A stretch of DNA of 64,000 nt from Scyliorhinus canicula. Lineage: Eukaryota. The stretch lies in assembly GCF_902713615.1 (NCBI RefSeq), contig NC_052149.1, positions 3,276,623 to 3,340,622 of the forward strand. The letters run 5' to 3'. Made by a program: the position numbers and the translations under genes. Below, piece after piece: positions 12,111-24,309 of this stretch. Every line of letters starts with the position of its first letter. Positions within the stretch are counted from its first letter, which is position 1. The notes below the pieces were generated by a model, which was given only the letters and a program-made list of their open reading frames with translations, ran no database searches and was not told where the DNA came from.

Positions 12111-12709
12111 AACCAGTGTCTAATTAACTGAATTTCATCAAAATTGAATGTGTTAAATCTACTTTAATGATTGTGGCAGATCCTCTTTTTATCCCCAAAG
12201 TGTTTGATCGATTACAGAATACTAGAAAATGTCTTTATTTTATGGTAAGCTAAGATGACAATCAGGGGATTTGGTATAAACCCTGTCAAATCATTTTCAA
12301 AACTGTTTTCCTAAGAGGCGAGGAATTGCTGCCTCACAGTGCCAGAGACCCAGCTTGGTCTGTCTGCGTGGAGTCTGCACATTCTCCCCATGTCTGCGTG
12401 GGTTTCCTCTGGGTGCTCCAGTTTCCCCTCTCAGTCTAGGTCAGGTGGATTAGCCATGTTAAATTGCCTTAGCGTCCAAGGATTATGCAGGTTGCGTTAG
12501 AAGATGGGGGAGTGGGCCTGGGCAGGATGCTCTTTCGGAGGGTCGGTGCAGACTCAATGGACCGAATGGCCTCCTTCTGCACTGTAGGAGTTCAATGGTC
12601 CTTTAGACAGGTAGTCAATAAAAAAAAACTTATTTATAGATAGGAGAAATGGCATGTCAATCAGTCAGTTGTGAAGTAACTGTGCATGAGGCAAATCCTT
12701 CCTACAATA

Positions 12710-13758
12710 TTTATTTTTAGAAAATAGAACTTAGAAACTTCCCATGGAACCGTCCGAGGCAAGAGCAGGACATGCAATACCTGCACACTCACCTCTTCCT
12801 ATCCCACCATCCAGGGAACCAATCAGTCCACAGAAGGTGTTTGGGACAATGGGTTGTGTTGAAATGTGTGCGTCAGTTATTTTTAAAAAAGCTTGTTGCT
12901 AGCTTATGCCTTTTGTTTTGTATCAATATAAATACTGTCGTTTCTAGGAAGGTAACACTTTTGTGTGTTGTGGTTTTAGGTTTAATGAAGGCGTGATGGT
13001 TATTGAGGATGTTATTGAATTAGGGCCGCCGCAGTGGTTGGCACTGCTGCTTCACGGCACCAAGGACCTGGGTTCGACCCCGGCCCCGGGTCACTGTCCC
13101 TGTGGAGTTTGCACATTCTCCCCATGTCTGCATGGGTCTTGTCATGATCTCTGTGCATGTTCATAAGGGTTAATGTGTAATCAGTAGCACCACATGACCA
13201 CTAGAGGGCCGGACCAACAGGGGTATAAAGGCAACCACACTGGGTCTCTCTCTCTCTCATTTGGATGGACTGTGACCAGGGCAGGAGTATCAGATTAGCT
13301 CAGATGGTTAGTGTAGTTACTGTAGTTAGATCTTGTTAACCTTATCATTAGTATTAATGTTAAAGTAAAGAACTCATGCAATTATTGTTATAGTTGCTCA
13401 ATAAACCTTTTGTTACCACTGGACGAGTTTGAGGCTTCTTCATCAAGATTCAGAAGACCTCATCAGTAACCAAGGTTTGAGCAACACACATTACACTCCG
13501 TAGAATATCAAGACACACAGAAAAGTGGAATAAAAGATAATACAGGAGCGTATAAAAGAGGTCTCACCCCCACAACCCAAAAAGATGTGCAGGGTAGTTG
13601 AATTGGCCACACTAAATTGCCCCTTAATTGGGGGAAAAAATTGGGTACTCTTAAATTTATTTTTTTTTAAAAAAGAATGTTATTGAATTATTCTAATTCT
13701 GCTTAAGTGAAAGTTGAAATGCTCCACATGTCACCGTCAGTATCTATAACAACACAGC
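12710..13758 (+). repeat. Left arm of a 1.05-kb inverted duplication
   Basis: Reverse complement of 15149-16196; near-identical ORFs 12772..12996(+) and 15910..16134(-). Confidence 0.95.
13022..13676 (+). mobile_element. V-SINE (14-bp TSD ATGTTATTGAATTA) containing a solo-LTR-like insertion at 13140-13559
   Basis: TSD at ~13009 and ~13677; insert starts TGTCATG, has GGGTATAAAG and AATAAA, and is flanked by GGTCT on both sides. Confidence 0.75.
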
Positions 13759-14027
13759 GGGAGCCTCAGACACTTTTTAAATACACCTTCTGTTTGCACA
13801 AGCTGGGAAACATTTCTTACTCATAACTATGCCTTTGATTTCAAGATAAAATTAATTGTTGGATTCACAGTACTTCTGTTGTTAGACCCAAGTATAGTAA
13901 CTGGATTATAACCCCATCTGGTCTCTCAAACTGGGGAATATATCAAAGATATTTCAAACAGCCAGTCTGTTCCTCTATTTGTGGACAAACTTTCAGTGTA
14001 AAGATGATGGCACTGGGAGTAAGGTTG

Positions 14028-14207
14028 AAATGAAATGAAAATTGTTTCTTGTCACAAGTAGGCTTCAAATGAAGTTACTGTGAAAAGCCCCTAGTCGCCA
14101 TATTCTGCCGCCTGTTCGGGGAGGCTGGTATGGGAATTGAACCCGTCCTGCAGGCCTTGTTCTGCTTTACAAGTTAGCTGTTTAGCCCACTGTGCTAAAT
14201 CAGCCCC
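14028..14207 (-). mobile_element. Short tRNA-derived SINE (GGGGCTG..TTTAGCAC head) with ...TTGTGACAA tail
   Basis: Related copies at ~24778, ~25304, ~26480-26673, ~46890-47055, ~50560, ~53295. Confidence 0.75.
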
Positions 14208-14649
14208 TATTAGAGAGTTATAAAGTGGTATGTACCTTTAATGTAATTAAAGTACTTTTGCACAAAGGGGTCCTGACCAATGTCTCATTAGAGCGCAGAT
14301 AATCAAGCACATCGGTGCATTAGTATGGAAAAAAAAAAAAATCACTGATTTGTAGCACATGTGAATTAAACCATTCATTACAGGTTGGGCAGCCCTTATT
14401 CGAAATGCAAAAAGCTCTGAAATACACACTTTTTTGAACCCCAAAATCATGTTTCCAGTAGACAATAACATGGTGTTCACCCGATACCTGCCAGCTACGC
14501 AAGGTATCACAACTATAGGAGGGATGATTATTGAGAATGTTATTGAATTAGGGTGGCAGAGTGGTTAGCACTACTGCGTCACGCCGCTGCTAGTCAAGAG
14601 GAAGGAAGGTTTCGTAAGGTTGAGGAAGCAAGGATCTGGCTCGGCTCTA

Positions 14650-16565
14650 GAGAACAAAGAACAAAGAAAAGTACAGCACAGGAACAGGCCCTTCGGCCCT
14701 CCAAGTCTGCGCTGACCATGCTGCCCGTCTCAACTAAAATCTTCTACACTTCCGGGGTCCGTATCCCTCTATTCCCATCCTATTCATGTATTTGTCAAGA
14801 TGCCCCTTAAACGTCACTATCGTCCCTGCTTCCACCACCTCCTCCAGCAGCGAGTTCCAGGCACCCACTACCCTCTGTGTAAAAAAACTTGCCTCGTACA
14901 TCTCCTCTAAGCCTTGCCCCTCACACCTTTAACCTAGTAATTGACCCCTCTACCCTGGGGGAAAAGTCTCTGACTATCCACTCTATCTATGCCCCTTATA
15001 ATTTTGGAGATCTCTATCAGAACGCCTCTAAACCTCCTTCGTTCCAGTGAGAACAAACCGAGTTTATTCAACCTCTCCTCATAGCTAATGCCCTCCATAC
15101 CAGGCAACATCCTGGTAAATCTCTTCTGCACCCTCTCTAAAGCCTCTGGCTGTGTTATTATAGATACTGACGGTGACACGTGGAGTATTTCAACTTTCAC
15201 TTAAGCAGAATTAGAATAATTCAATAACATTCTTTTTTTAAAAAAAAAAATTTAAGAGTACCCAATTATTTTTCCCCAATTAAGGAGCAATTTAGTGTGG
15301 CCAATTCAACTACCCTGCACACCTTTTTGGGTTGTGGGGTGAGACCTCTTTTATACGCTCTTGAATTATCTTTTATTCCACTTTACTGTGTCTTGATATT
15401 CTACGGAGTGTAATGTGTGTTGCTCAAACCTTGGTTACTGATGACGTCTTCTGAATCTCGATGAAGTAGCCTCAAACTCGTCCAGTGGTAACAAAAGGTT
15501 TATTGAGCAACTATAATAATAATTGCATAAGTTCTTTACTTTAACATTGATACTAGTGATAAGGTTAACAAGATCTAACTACAGTAACTACACTAACCAT
15601 CTGAGCTAATCTGATACTCCTGCCCTGGTCACAGTCCATCCAAATGAGAGGGAGAGAGAGACCCAGTGTGGTTGCCTTTATACCCCTGTTGGTCCGGCCC
15701 TCTAGTGGTCATGTGGTGCTACTGATTACACATTAACCCTTATGAACATGCACAGAGATCATGACAAGACCCATGCAGACATGGGGAGAATGTGCAAACT
15801 CCACAGGGACAGTGACCCGGGGCCGGGGTCGAACCCAGGTCCTTGGTGCCGTGAAGCAGCAGTGCTAACCACTGCGGCTGCCCTAATTCAATAACATCCT
15901 CAATAACCATCACGCCTTCATTAAACCTAAAATCACAACACACAAAAGTGTTACCTTCCTAGAAACGACAGTATTTATATTGATACAAAACAAAAGGCAT
16001 AAGCTAGCAACAAGCTTTTTTAAAAATAACTGACGCACACATTTCAACACAACCCATTGTCCCAAACACCTTCTGTGGACTGATTGGTTCCCTGGATAGT
16101 GGGATAGGAAGAGGTGAGTGTGCAGGTATTGCATGTCCTGCTCTTGCCTCGGACGGTTCCATGGGAAGTTTCTAAGTTCTATTTTCCAAAAATAAAGTCC
16201 TTCTGGTAGTGTAGCGACCAGAATTGAACACTATACTCCAAGTGTGGCCTAACTACAGCTGCAACGTGACTTGCCAATTTTTATACTCAATGCCCCAGCC
16301 AATGAAGGCAAGCATGCCGTATGCCTTCTTGACTACCTTCATCTGTGTTGCTCCCTTCATTGACCTGTGGGCCTGTATACCTAGATCTGTCAATAGTCTT
16401 GAGGGTTCTACCATTCATTGTATATTCCCTACCTGTATTAGACCTTCCAAAAAGCATTACCTCACATTTGTCCATCTTGAACGCCGTGTATCACCTCTCC
16501 GCCAAAGTCTCCAAACGATCTAAATCCTGCTGTATCCTCTGACAGTCCTCATCGCTATGCGCAAT
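14650..16565 (-). mobile_element. CR1 LINE 3' portion interrupted by the inverted-duplication arm
   Basis: [15 protein letters not shown] on one side and DKCEVMLFGRSN on the other; sequence is contiguous across 15148/16197. Confidence 0.85.
15149..16196 (-). repeat. Right arm of the 1.05-kb inverted duplication
   Basis: Reverse complement of 12710-13758, roughly 25 differences counted by eye. Confidence 0.95.
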
Positions 16566-16569
16566 ATCG

Positions 16570-18432
16570 AAAGCGTTACAAGGGAGCCAGGAAGGAACTC
16601 AAAATGGACTGAGGAGAGCTAGAAGGGGGCATGAAAAAGCCCTGGCGGGAAGGATTAGGGAAAACCCCACTTATACGAGAAATAAGAGGATGATCAGAGA
16701 GAGGGTAGAGCTGATCAGGGATAGTGGAGGGAACTTGTGCCTCGAGTCTGAGATAGGGGAGGCCCTAAATTAATATTTTGCTTCAGTATTCACTAGATTT
16801 GCTTCAGTTTTCGCTAGAGAGGGACCTTGATGCTCGTGATAACAGCGTGAACCAGGTTAACAGGCTCGAACAGGTTGATATTAAGGAGGATGTGCTGGAA
16901 ATTTTGAAAAGCATCGGGATAGAGAAGTCCCCTGGGCCAGACAGGATATACCCAAGGTTACCACGGGAAGCAAGGGAGGAGGTTGCTGCACTGCTAGCGA
17001 TGATCTTTGCATCCTCATTCGCCACTGGAACAGTACTGGATGATTGGAGGGAGGCGAATGTTGTTCCCCCGTTCAAAAAATGGAATAGGGAAATCCCTGG
17101 GAATTACAGACCAGTCAGTCTTACGTCTGTGATGAGCAAAATACTGGAAAGGATTCTGAGGGATAGGATTTATGATTATTTGGAAAAACATAGTTCGATT
17201 AAAGATAGTCAGCATGGCTTTGTGAGGGGCAGGTTGTGCCTCACAAGCCTCATTGAATTCTTTGAGAATGTGACGAGGCACATTGATGAAGGTTGGGCAG
17301 TGGATGTGGTGTATATGGATTTCAGTAAGGCATTTGATAAGGTTCCCCATGGTAGGTTTTCAGAAAGTCAGTGGGCATGGGATACAGGGAAATTTGGCTG
17401 TCTGGATACAGAATTGGCTGTCCAAAAGAAGACAGCGAGTTGTAACGGATGGAAAGTATTCTGCCAGGAGGTTGGTGACCAATCGTGTCCCGCAGGGATC
17501 TATTCTGGGACCTGTTCTTTGTGGTTTTTATAAATGACTTGAATGAGGGAGTGGAAGGGTGGGTTAGTAAGTTTGCCGATGACACAAAGGTTGATGGAGT
17601 TGCAGTGTCGAAGGCTGTTGCAGTTTAAAACACGACATTGACTGGATGCAGAGCTGGGCTGAGAGGTGACAGATGGAGTTCAACCTGGATAAATGTGAAG
17701 TGATTCATTTTGGAAGGTCGAATTTGAATGCTGAATACAGGGTTAAAGGCAGGATTTTTGGAAGTGTGGAGGAACAGAGGGATCTTGAGGTCCACATACA
17801 TAGATCCCTTAAAGTTGCCACCCAGGTTGATAGGGTTGTTAAGAAGGCATATGGTGTGCTGGCTTTCATTAACAGGGGGATTGAGTTTAAGAGCCGCAGG
17901 GTTTTGCTGCAGCTTTATAAAACCCTAGTTAGATGACAATAGTGTGTCCAGTTCTGGTCACCTCATTATAGGAAGGATGTGGATGCTTTGGAGAGGGTGC
18001 AGGAGATTTATCAGGATGCTTCCTGGACTGGAGGGCATGTCTTATGAAGAAAGGTTGAGGGAGCTAGGTGAAAAAGGAAGAGAGGTGACTTGATAGAGGT
18101 GCACAAGGTGATGAAAGGCATGGATAAAGTGGATAGCCAGAGACATTTCCCCAGGGCGGAAATGGCTGTCACGAGGGGACATAATTTTAAGGTGATTGGA
18201 AGAAGGTATAGGGGAGATGTCAGAGGTAGGTTCTTTACCCAGAGTGGTGGGTGCATGGAATGCACGGCCAGCAGAGGTGGTGGAGTCAGAGTCATTCGGG
18301 GCAATTAAGCGACTTTTGGACAGGCACATGGACAGCAGTAAATTGAAGAGGTATAGGTTAGGTTGATATTAAGATTAGTATAAGTGGTCGGCATAACATT
18401 GTGGGCCGAAGGACCTGTACTGCGCTGTTCTA
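16570..18432 (+). mobile_element. CR1 LINE, 5'-truncated, frameshifted RT
   Basis: KSPGPDRIYPR, NYRPVSLTSV, YMDFSKAFDKVPHG; tail CTGTACTGCGCTGTTCTAT. Confidence 0.92.
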
Positions 18433-18814
18433 TATACTTGTACAGGTATTCTACAATTTGAAAAACTCTGGAATCCGAGAGCATTCTCAGCCCCAAGCAT
18501 TTCAAATAAGGGATGCTCAACCGGTATCTGATGGCGCAGAATCTGATGTACAGCTGGACCTCTGGAAATCAGTGTCTTGATGCGTTTGTCGGCATTCACT
18601 CTGTATGACGTTCCGAGGGGATTGAAAATTGAAATTCGCAGAACAAAGCCAATGAATGCTGGAGGGTGCTAATAATTTGCAATTAATTTTTAAAAGTGGC
18701 TGCCGTTGTGGGACTCGTTCCCAATTAGTTACCTTGTGCCAAATAGATACAGAATTTTCAATTTGGAAATGGAGTATGGGATATTTATTTATGACAAATG
18801 AATAAAAACACCCT

Positions 18815-21155
18815 GGGCGGGATTCTCCGACCCCACGCAGGGTCGGAGAATCGGCGAGCAGCGGCGTTATTTCCGCTCCCGCAGGGTTTTAAATCTCCCA
18901 CCGGCCAAAAACCGGCGTTGTGCAAACCCCACCAACAGCCTCTGAAAACAGCTGGCGCAGGCGGGATTTCATTTTTTTTTTAGTGTCCACAAATCTCCGG
19001 CCCGGATGGGCCGAAGTCCCGCCGACGTGGCCACGGGTCACGTCGGCGAAAATCACAGTTGCTTTAAAACGTCGTCAACCACTGATGATGGTTGACGCCG
19101 TTCAGTGTCGGGGGGGTGGGGGTGGGTTGCGGCATCGGGGGGGGGGGTTTGGGGGCAGCGGCGTGCAGAGAGGGGGGGCGACGGATGCCCGGGGCCAACG
19201 CACCGTCGCCCCCCCCCTCTGTACGCCGCTGCCCCCTACCCCAACCACCCCCCCACCTCCCTCCAATGCCCCTACCCCCCTCCCCACCACCCCTACCTCC
19301 CTCCAATGCCCCTACCCCCCTCCCCACCACCCCTCCTCCCCTCCAACGCCGCCCCCCCATCCCCCCTCCAACGCCGCCCCCCCATCTCTCGCAACGGCGC
19401 AACCCCCCCACCCTCAACGCCGCAACCCCCCCCCTCAACGTCGGTACCCACACACCCCCCCTCTCTCCTCCTCCCCCCCTTCCTTCCTCCGTTAGTGGGG
19501 GGGGGGGTGCGGCGTTGGAGTGGGGTAGGGGTGGCGAAGGGGGTAGGGGTGGTGAGGGGAGGGGGTTGGGGTAGGGGCAGCGGCGTGCAGAGGGGGGGCG
19601 ACGGTGCGTTGGCTCCGGGCATCCGGCGCCCCCCCCTCTCTGCCCCTGCTGCTGCCCCTACCCCAACCCCCCCTTCACCACCCCTACCCCCCTCCAACGC
19701 CGCACCCCCCCACCCCCCACTAACGCCGCACCCCCCCACCCCCCACTAACGCCGCACACCCCCCCCCCCCACTAATGAGGAAGGAAGGGGGGGGAGGAGG
19801 AAGGAAGGGATGAGGAGGAAGGAGGGGGGGGGTGTGGGTACCGGCCTTCAGAGGGAGGAGGGGTGTGGGTATCGGCCTTCAGAGGGAGGGGGACGGGGTG
19901 TGGGTACCGGCGTTGAGGGGGGGGGGACCCGGCGTTGAGAGGGGGGGATTGCGGCGTTGCGAGATGGGGGGGGCGGCGTTGGAGGGGGCGGCGTTGGAGG
20001 GTGGTGGGGGGGCGGCGTTGGAGGGGGGTAGGGGTGGTTGGGGTAGGGGGTAGCGGCGTACAGAGGGGGGGGGGCGACGGTGCGTTGGCCCCGGGAATCC
20101 ATCGCCCCCCCTCTCTGCACGCCGCTGCCCCCAACCCCCCCATGCCGGGTCGCTCTTCTCCCCCCCCCCCCCCCCCAATGCCGGGTCGCTCTTCTCTTCC
20201 CCCCCCCCCCCCATGCCGGGTCGCTCTTCTCCCCCCCCCCCCCATGCCGGGTCGCTCTTCACCCCCCCCCCCCCCCATGCCGGGTCGCTCTTCTCTCCCC
20301 CCCCCCCATGCCGGGTCGCTCTTCTCTCCCCCCCCCCATGCCGGGTCGCTCTTCTCCCCCCCCCCCCCCATGCCGGGTCGCTCTTCTCCCCCCCCCCCCC
20401 CCCCCCCATGTGCCGGGTCGCTCTTCTCCCCCCCACCCCACCCCCCTCCATGCCGGGTCGCTCTTCTCCCCCCCCCCCCCATGCCGGGTCGCTCTTCTCC
20501 CCCCCCCCCCCCAATGCCAGGTCGCTCTTCTCCCCCCCCCCCCCAATGCCAGGTCGCTCTTCTCCCTCCCCCCCATGCCGGGTCGCTCATCTCCCCCCCC
20601 CCCCCCCCCCCCCATGCCGGGTCGCTCTTCTCCCACCCCCCCCCCCCCCATGCCGGGTCGCTCTTCTCACCCCCCCCCCCCATGCCGGGTCGCTCTTCTC
20701 CCCCCCCCCCCCCCATGCCGGGTCGCTCTTCTCACCCCCCCCCCCCATGCCGGGTCGCTCTTCTCCCACCCCCCCCCCCCCATGCCGGGTCGCTCTTCTC
20801 ACCCCCCCCCCCCCCCCATGCCGGGTCGCTCTTCCCCACCCCCCCCCCCCCCCCATGCCGGGTCGCTCTTCTCACCCCCCCCCCCCCATGCCGGGTCGCT
20901 CTTCTCCCCTCCCCCCCCATGCCGGGTCGCTCTTCTCCCCCCACCCCACTGGGTCTCTCTCTCTCCCCACCACACAAACGCCGGGACTCGCCACTTCCGC
21001 AGCTGGAGAAACTGACGCCTATCGCATCAGTCCGCTGCTGGCCCTTCCGGGAACGGAGATTGCCAGCTTAAAAGAAGGCCCGGACGTCGGAGTCATGCAC
21101 ACCGCTTTTTCCCGCCGGAAATGGGCGTCACGTCGGTCCGCGGAGATTTTCGCCT
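18815..21155. mobile_element. GC-rich TIR element expanded by palindromes and a minisatellite
   Basis: Ends GGGCGGGATTCTCC / GGAGATTTTCGCCT; flanks CCT/CTT. Confidence 0.65.
20141..20945. repeat. Minisatellite CATGCCGGGTCGCTCTTCT(C)n, ~25 copies of ~30 bp
   Basis: Direct periodicity with variable poly-C spacers. Confidence 0.95.
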
Positions 21156-21175
21156 CTTATTTGTAGATTCCAAGT

Positions 21176-21177
<2 letters not shown>

Positions 21178-21205
<28 letters not shown>
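21178..21205. repeat. (TA)n microsatellite
   Basis: Seen directly. Confidence 0.95.
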
Positions 21206-21214
<9 letters not shown>

Positions 21215-21761
21215 AATAAAAATACAGACTTTTGTATTTGAGCTTTCTAACCAAAGTAAACCGGAAAAATATTCATCACAATTACAGAAGGTAATGTTAC
21301 TTTAGTGCATCACCTCGAGGAGTGAGAACAAAAAAGTCACCTCCAAAAATAATAAAGTAGCCCTCGAGAAAATAGAGTACTCAGGAAAAAAAATATATTT
21401 TCAGCCCTGTTCCCTCGTAACTGAAGTCCCGCTTCACTGGTTCCATTCCAGTAAATCTCCTCTGCGCTCTTTCTAGCGCATCAACATTTTTGTCAGTGTG
21501 GTTGGTGTCCAGAATTGGACGTAATACTCTCATCGAGGCTCAACCAGCGAATTGTCAAGTTTTAGCATAGCCTCTTTACTTTTGTACATTATGCCTCAAA
21601 TAATAAACCCAAGGATCCCATATGCTTTTGTTTTAAAAAAGAACCTTACTGACTTATCCCAACACCTTTAAAGATCTCTACACGTGCATCCCAAGGCTTC
21701 TCTATTCCTTCACCCCCGTTAAAACTGTACTATTCACGTTTGTGTCATCGGAAAACAGGTT

Positions 21762-22111
21762 AGAACATAGAACATAGAACAGTACAGCACAGAACAGGCC
21801 CTTCGGCCCTCAATGTTGTGCCGAGCCATGATCACCCTACTCAAACCCACGTATCCACCCTATACCCGTAACCCAACAACCGCCCCCTTAACCTTACTTT
21901 TATTAGGACACTATGGGCAATTTAGCATGGCCAATCCACCTAACCCGCACATCTTTGGACTGTGGGAGGAAACCGGAGCACCCGGAGGAAACCCACGCAC
22001 ACACGGGGAGGACGTGCAGACTCCACACAGACAGTGACCCAGCCGGGAATCGAACCTGGAACCCTGGAGCTGTGAAGCATTTATGCTAACCACCATGCTA
22101 CCCTGCTGCCC
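21762..22111 (-). mobile_element. Full-length V-SINE with CR1-type tail
   Basis: Near-identical to the 47326-47668 copy. Confidence 0.88.
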
Positions 22112-22359
22112 AATAGCCCAATCGGTCCCAACAGTCTGAGCTAGTCCTTGTAATTCACACCCTTCTATTTGGTCCTTGCACGGGGTTATCGGACTTCTCC
22201 CTCAAATGCCTCTGTGTTATTCACCCCACTCACTCCCTGTGGTAGCAAGTTCCAGATTCCGATCAGTGTCTGGCTAAAGATGTTTTGTCTGAATTCTCTA
22301 TTCAATTTATATCTTATATTTATGGCCTGTCGTTTTCAGAGTCCCTCGAAAGTAGAAAC

Positions 22360-22697
22360 AGCACAGTAGCACATTGGTTAGCACTGCTGCCTCACAGCAC
22401 CAGAGTCCGGGTTCAATTCCGGCCTCGGGTGACTGTCTGTGTGGAGTCTGCACGTTCTCCCCGTGTCTGCGTGGGTTTCCTCCGGGTGCTCCGGTTTCCT
22501 CCCACAGTCCCAATATGTGGTTAGGTGGATTGCCCATGATAAATTGCCCTTCGTGTCCAAAAGAGTTGAGGTGGGGTTACTGGGTTGTCGGTATTGGATG
22601 GAGGTGTGGGCTTAATTAGGGAGTTCTTTCCAAGGGCTGGTGCGAACTCGATGGGCCGAATGGCCTCCTTCTGCTCTGTAAATTCTATGATTCTATG
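22360..22697 (+). mobile_element. V-SINE about 100 bp downstream of the FPGT stop codon
   Basis: Head, core and ...GTAAATTCTATG tail. Confidence 0.85.
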
Positions 22698-22795
22698 ATC
22701 TACCCTATATATACTAGCTCTACAACTCTGGTATGATAGTGAATTATTTGCAACTTGCTGCCTACTTTGGGTACAATAAATTAATTATAAGGCCT

Positions 22796-24225
22796 TCAAT
22801 TTATTTTTTCCCTGGTCTGTCTTCTCTGATTAATTTCTTCAGTGAGCTGTTTTCTGAAATTTAGCATGCGCATCACATCTTTCTGTTGGAGTATTTCTTC
22901 GATGGAAAGCAATTTAACATCATCCGGCAACCGATGTACTGATTTTCCATTCAGTGCTTCAAACATCTCCAGGACAGACGCCACCGAGTCTTCGGCCGTC
23001 GCGCGCGGGGTGGGGAAGATCCTGACGTTCCACAGGCTGAGACGGATTCTCCCGCTGTCTGAGAAAAGATGCTCTGAAATCTTCAGGCCCAGGCGCACGG
23101 CAGCCTCTCGGAAATCGAGGCCTAGCAGCCGCAGCTTATGAGTCTCGAGGGGCGAGGGGACTGTGTACTTGAGGTTGTCTCCTGTTCCGAACATCACAGT
23201 GACGAAGCCCCCTGGGATGCACAGCGAGTGCAGGAAGGTGTTGGGGGGTATGGTGGAATTCTCTCTTACGCAGCACCCACTGACAATGCTGTTGGTGCCG
23301 ACACAGCTGCCCGCGCCCAGCCGGGAGTACTCTATTACGCTGCCAGGAGACACATCGCACCCCGGCCCCACTAGGCTCTCAATGATGCATGGAACCTGGC
23401 CGCTACTCTCTGGGCAGAGCTGCCCGAGTCCACCAGGGTCAGACAGCAGCCCAAGATGTGCTCTCAGGGTCACGTCTGTTGTTAAATGGTGCAGATATTC
23501 CTGGGCAGTTCCCAGGTGGTAGAATTTGGAATTGTTCAGCATGGCCACATTAAGTGCAGTCCCTCGGAGACAATTGAAGATCTTCTGTCGATGTGCCACC
23601 AGCTGGTTCTCCTCCTGGCTAACATTGGCTGTGTTTTTGGTGTAATCTGATGTGGCACCAGGCCCCAGAGCCTGAAGGAAGTCACCGTAGGCATCAATCT
23701 CACAACCGAGGGTGCCAATCTCTCCAAGGATTGCCAGCAACCGCTTAGCTGTTGGGCGATCGAAGTAGTAGACGCTGTCCGTGTAGACAAAATCCATCTC
23801 AGTGTCCCCACCACTTTCGACACCGTGCCCTGCCCTGCAGACTGCCCCTGACTTTTGCATGGTCTCCACACTGGGTTTGTGCAGGAAGCGGTGACAGGCT
23901 TTATATTCCAGCTCCTTCTGAACACCCTGCACACGGCCTGGCTCCAATACAAAGACACCGTGCGTGGTGCCAATGGACAAGGAGGATGGATGAGCGAGGG
24001 CAGTGAAACCAGGCTTGTCGAAGCATATGGCCTCAGTCTCACTAACGCTGTAGAGCTCAATATCATCAGCACAGGTCACCAAGACCCCAGGCTTCATGTG
24101 GGTGGGGAAGTCGATGTACATCGCCAGTTTGAGCTCCAGCATTTGGTAAACAGGAATGCCCAGAGGCAGAGCAGTAAAAATCTTTCCCAGTGCACTGGCA
24201 CTCGGCAAACGTTGGCTATAGCCTC
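22796..24225 (-). CDS. FPGT: FPGT exon 4 (fucose-1-phosphate guanylyltransferase), 1430 nt to the stop codon
   Basis: ttttgcag|GAGGCTATAGC gives (G)GYSQRLPSASALGKIFTALPLG...CADDIELY...GTTHGVFVL...CEIDAYGDFLQALG; TGA at 22796-22798. Confidence 0.96.
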
Positions 24226-24309
24226 CTGCAAAACAGAAATCACATTATAGCATCGGAATGCACACATGTCCAGAATATGGACTGACGCACCAGTCATTTT
24301 CTCAAATCC

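Noticed and set aside
12772-12996. Duplicated small ORFs (also 15910..16134) as a gene pair
   Set aside because: Consequence of the inverted duplication; no coding features
12710-16196. Foldback DNA transposon with 1-kb TIRs
   Set aside because: No TSD; the right arm interrupts a CR1 that continues outside, and the arms are composites of other elements
20141-20945. CRISPR-like repeat-spacer appearance (also considered for the other arrays)
   Set aside because: Spacers are only homopolymer runs, there are no cas genes, and the DNA is vertebrate
19064-21166. Poly-Pro (formin/extensin-like) and poly-Gly ORFs
   Set aside because: Arise from poly-C/G tracts in a TIR element; no splice or homology support
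22796-24208. Intronless FPGT retrocopy
   Set aside because: It is the long terminal exon; three upstream exons with canonical in-phase splice sites are present
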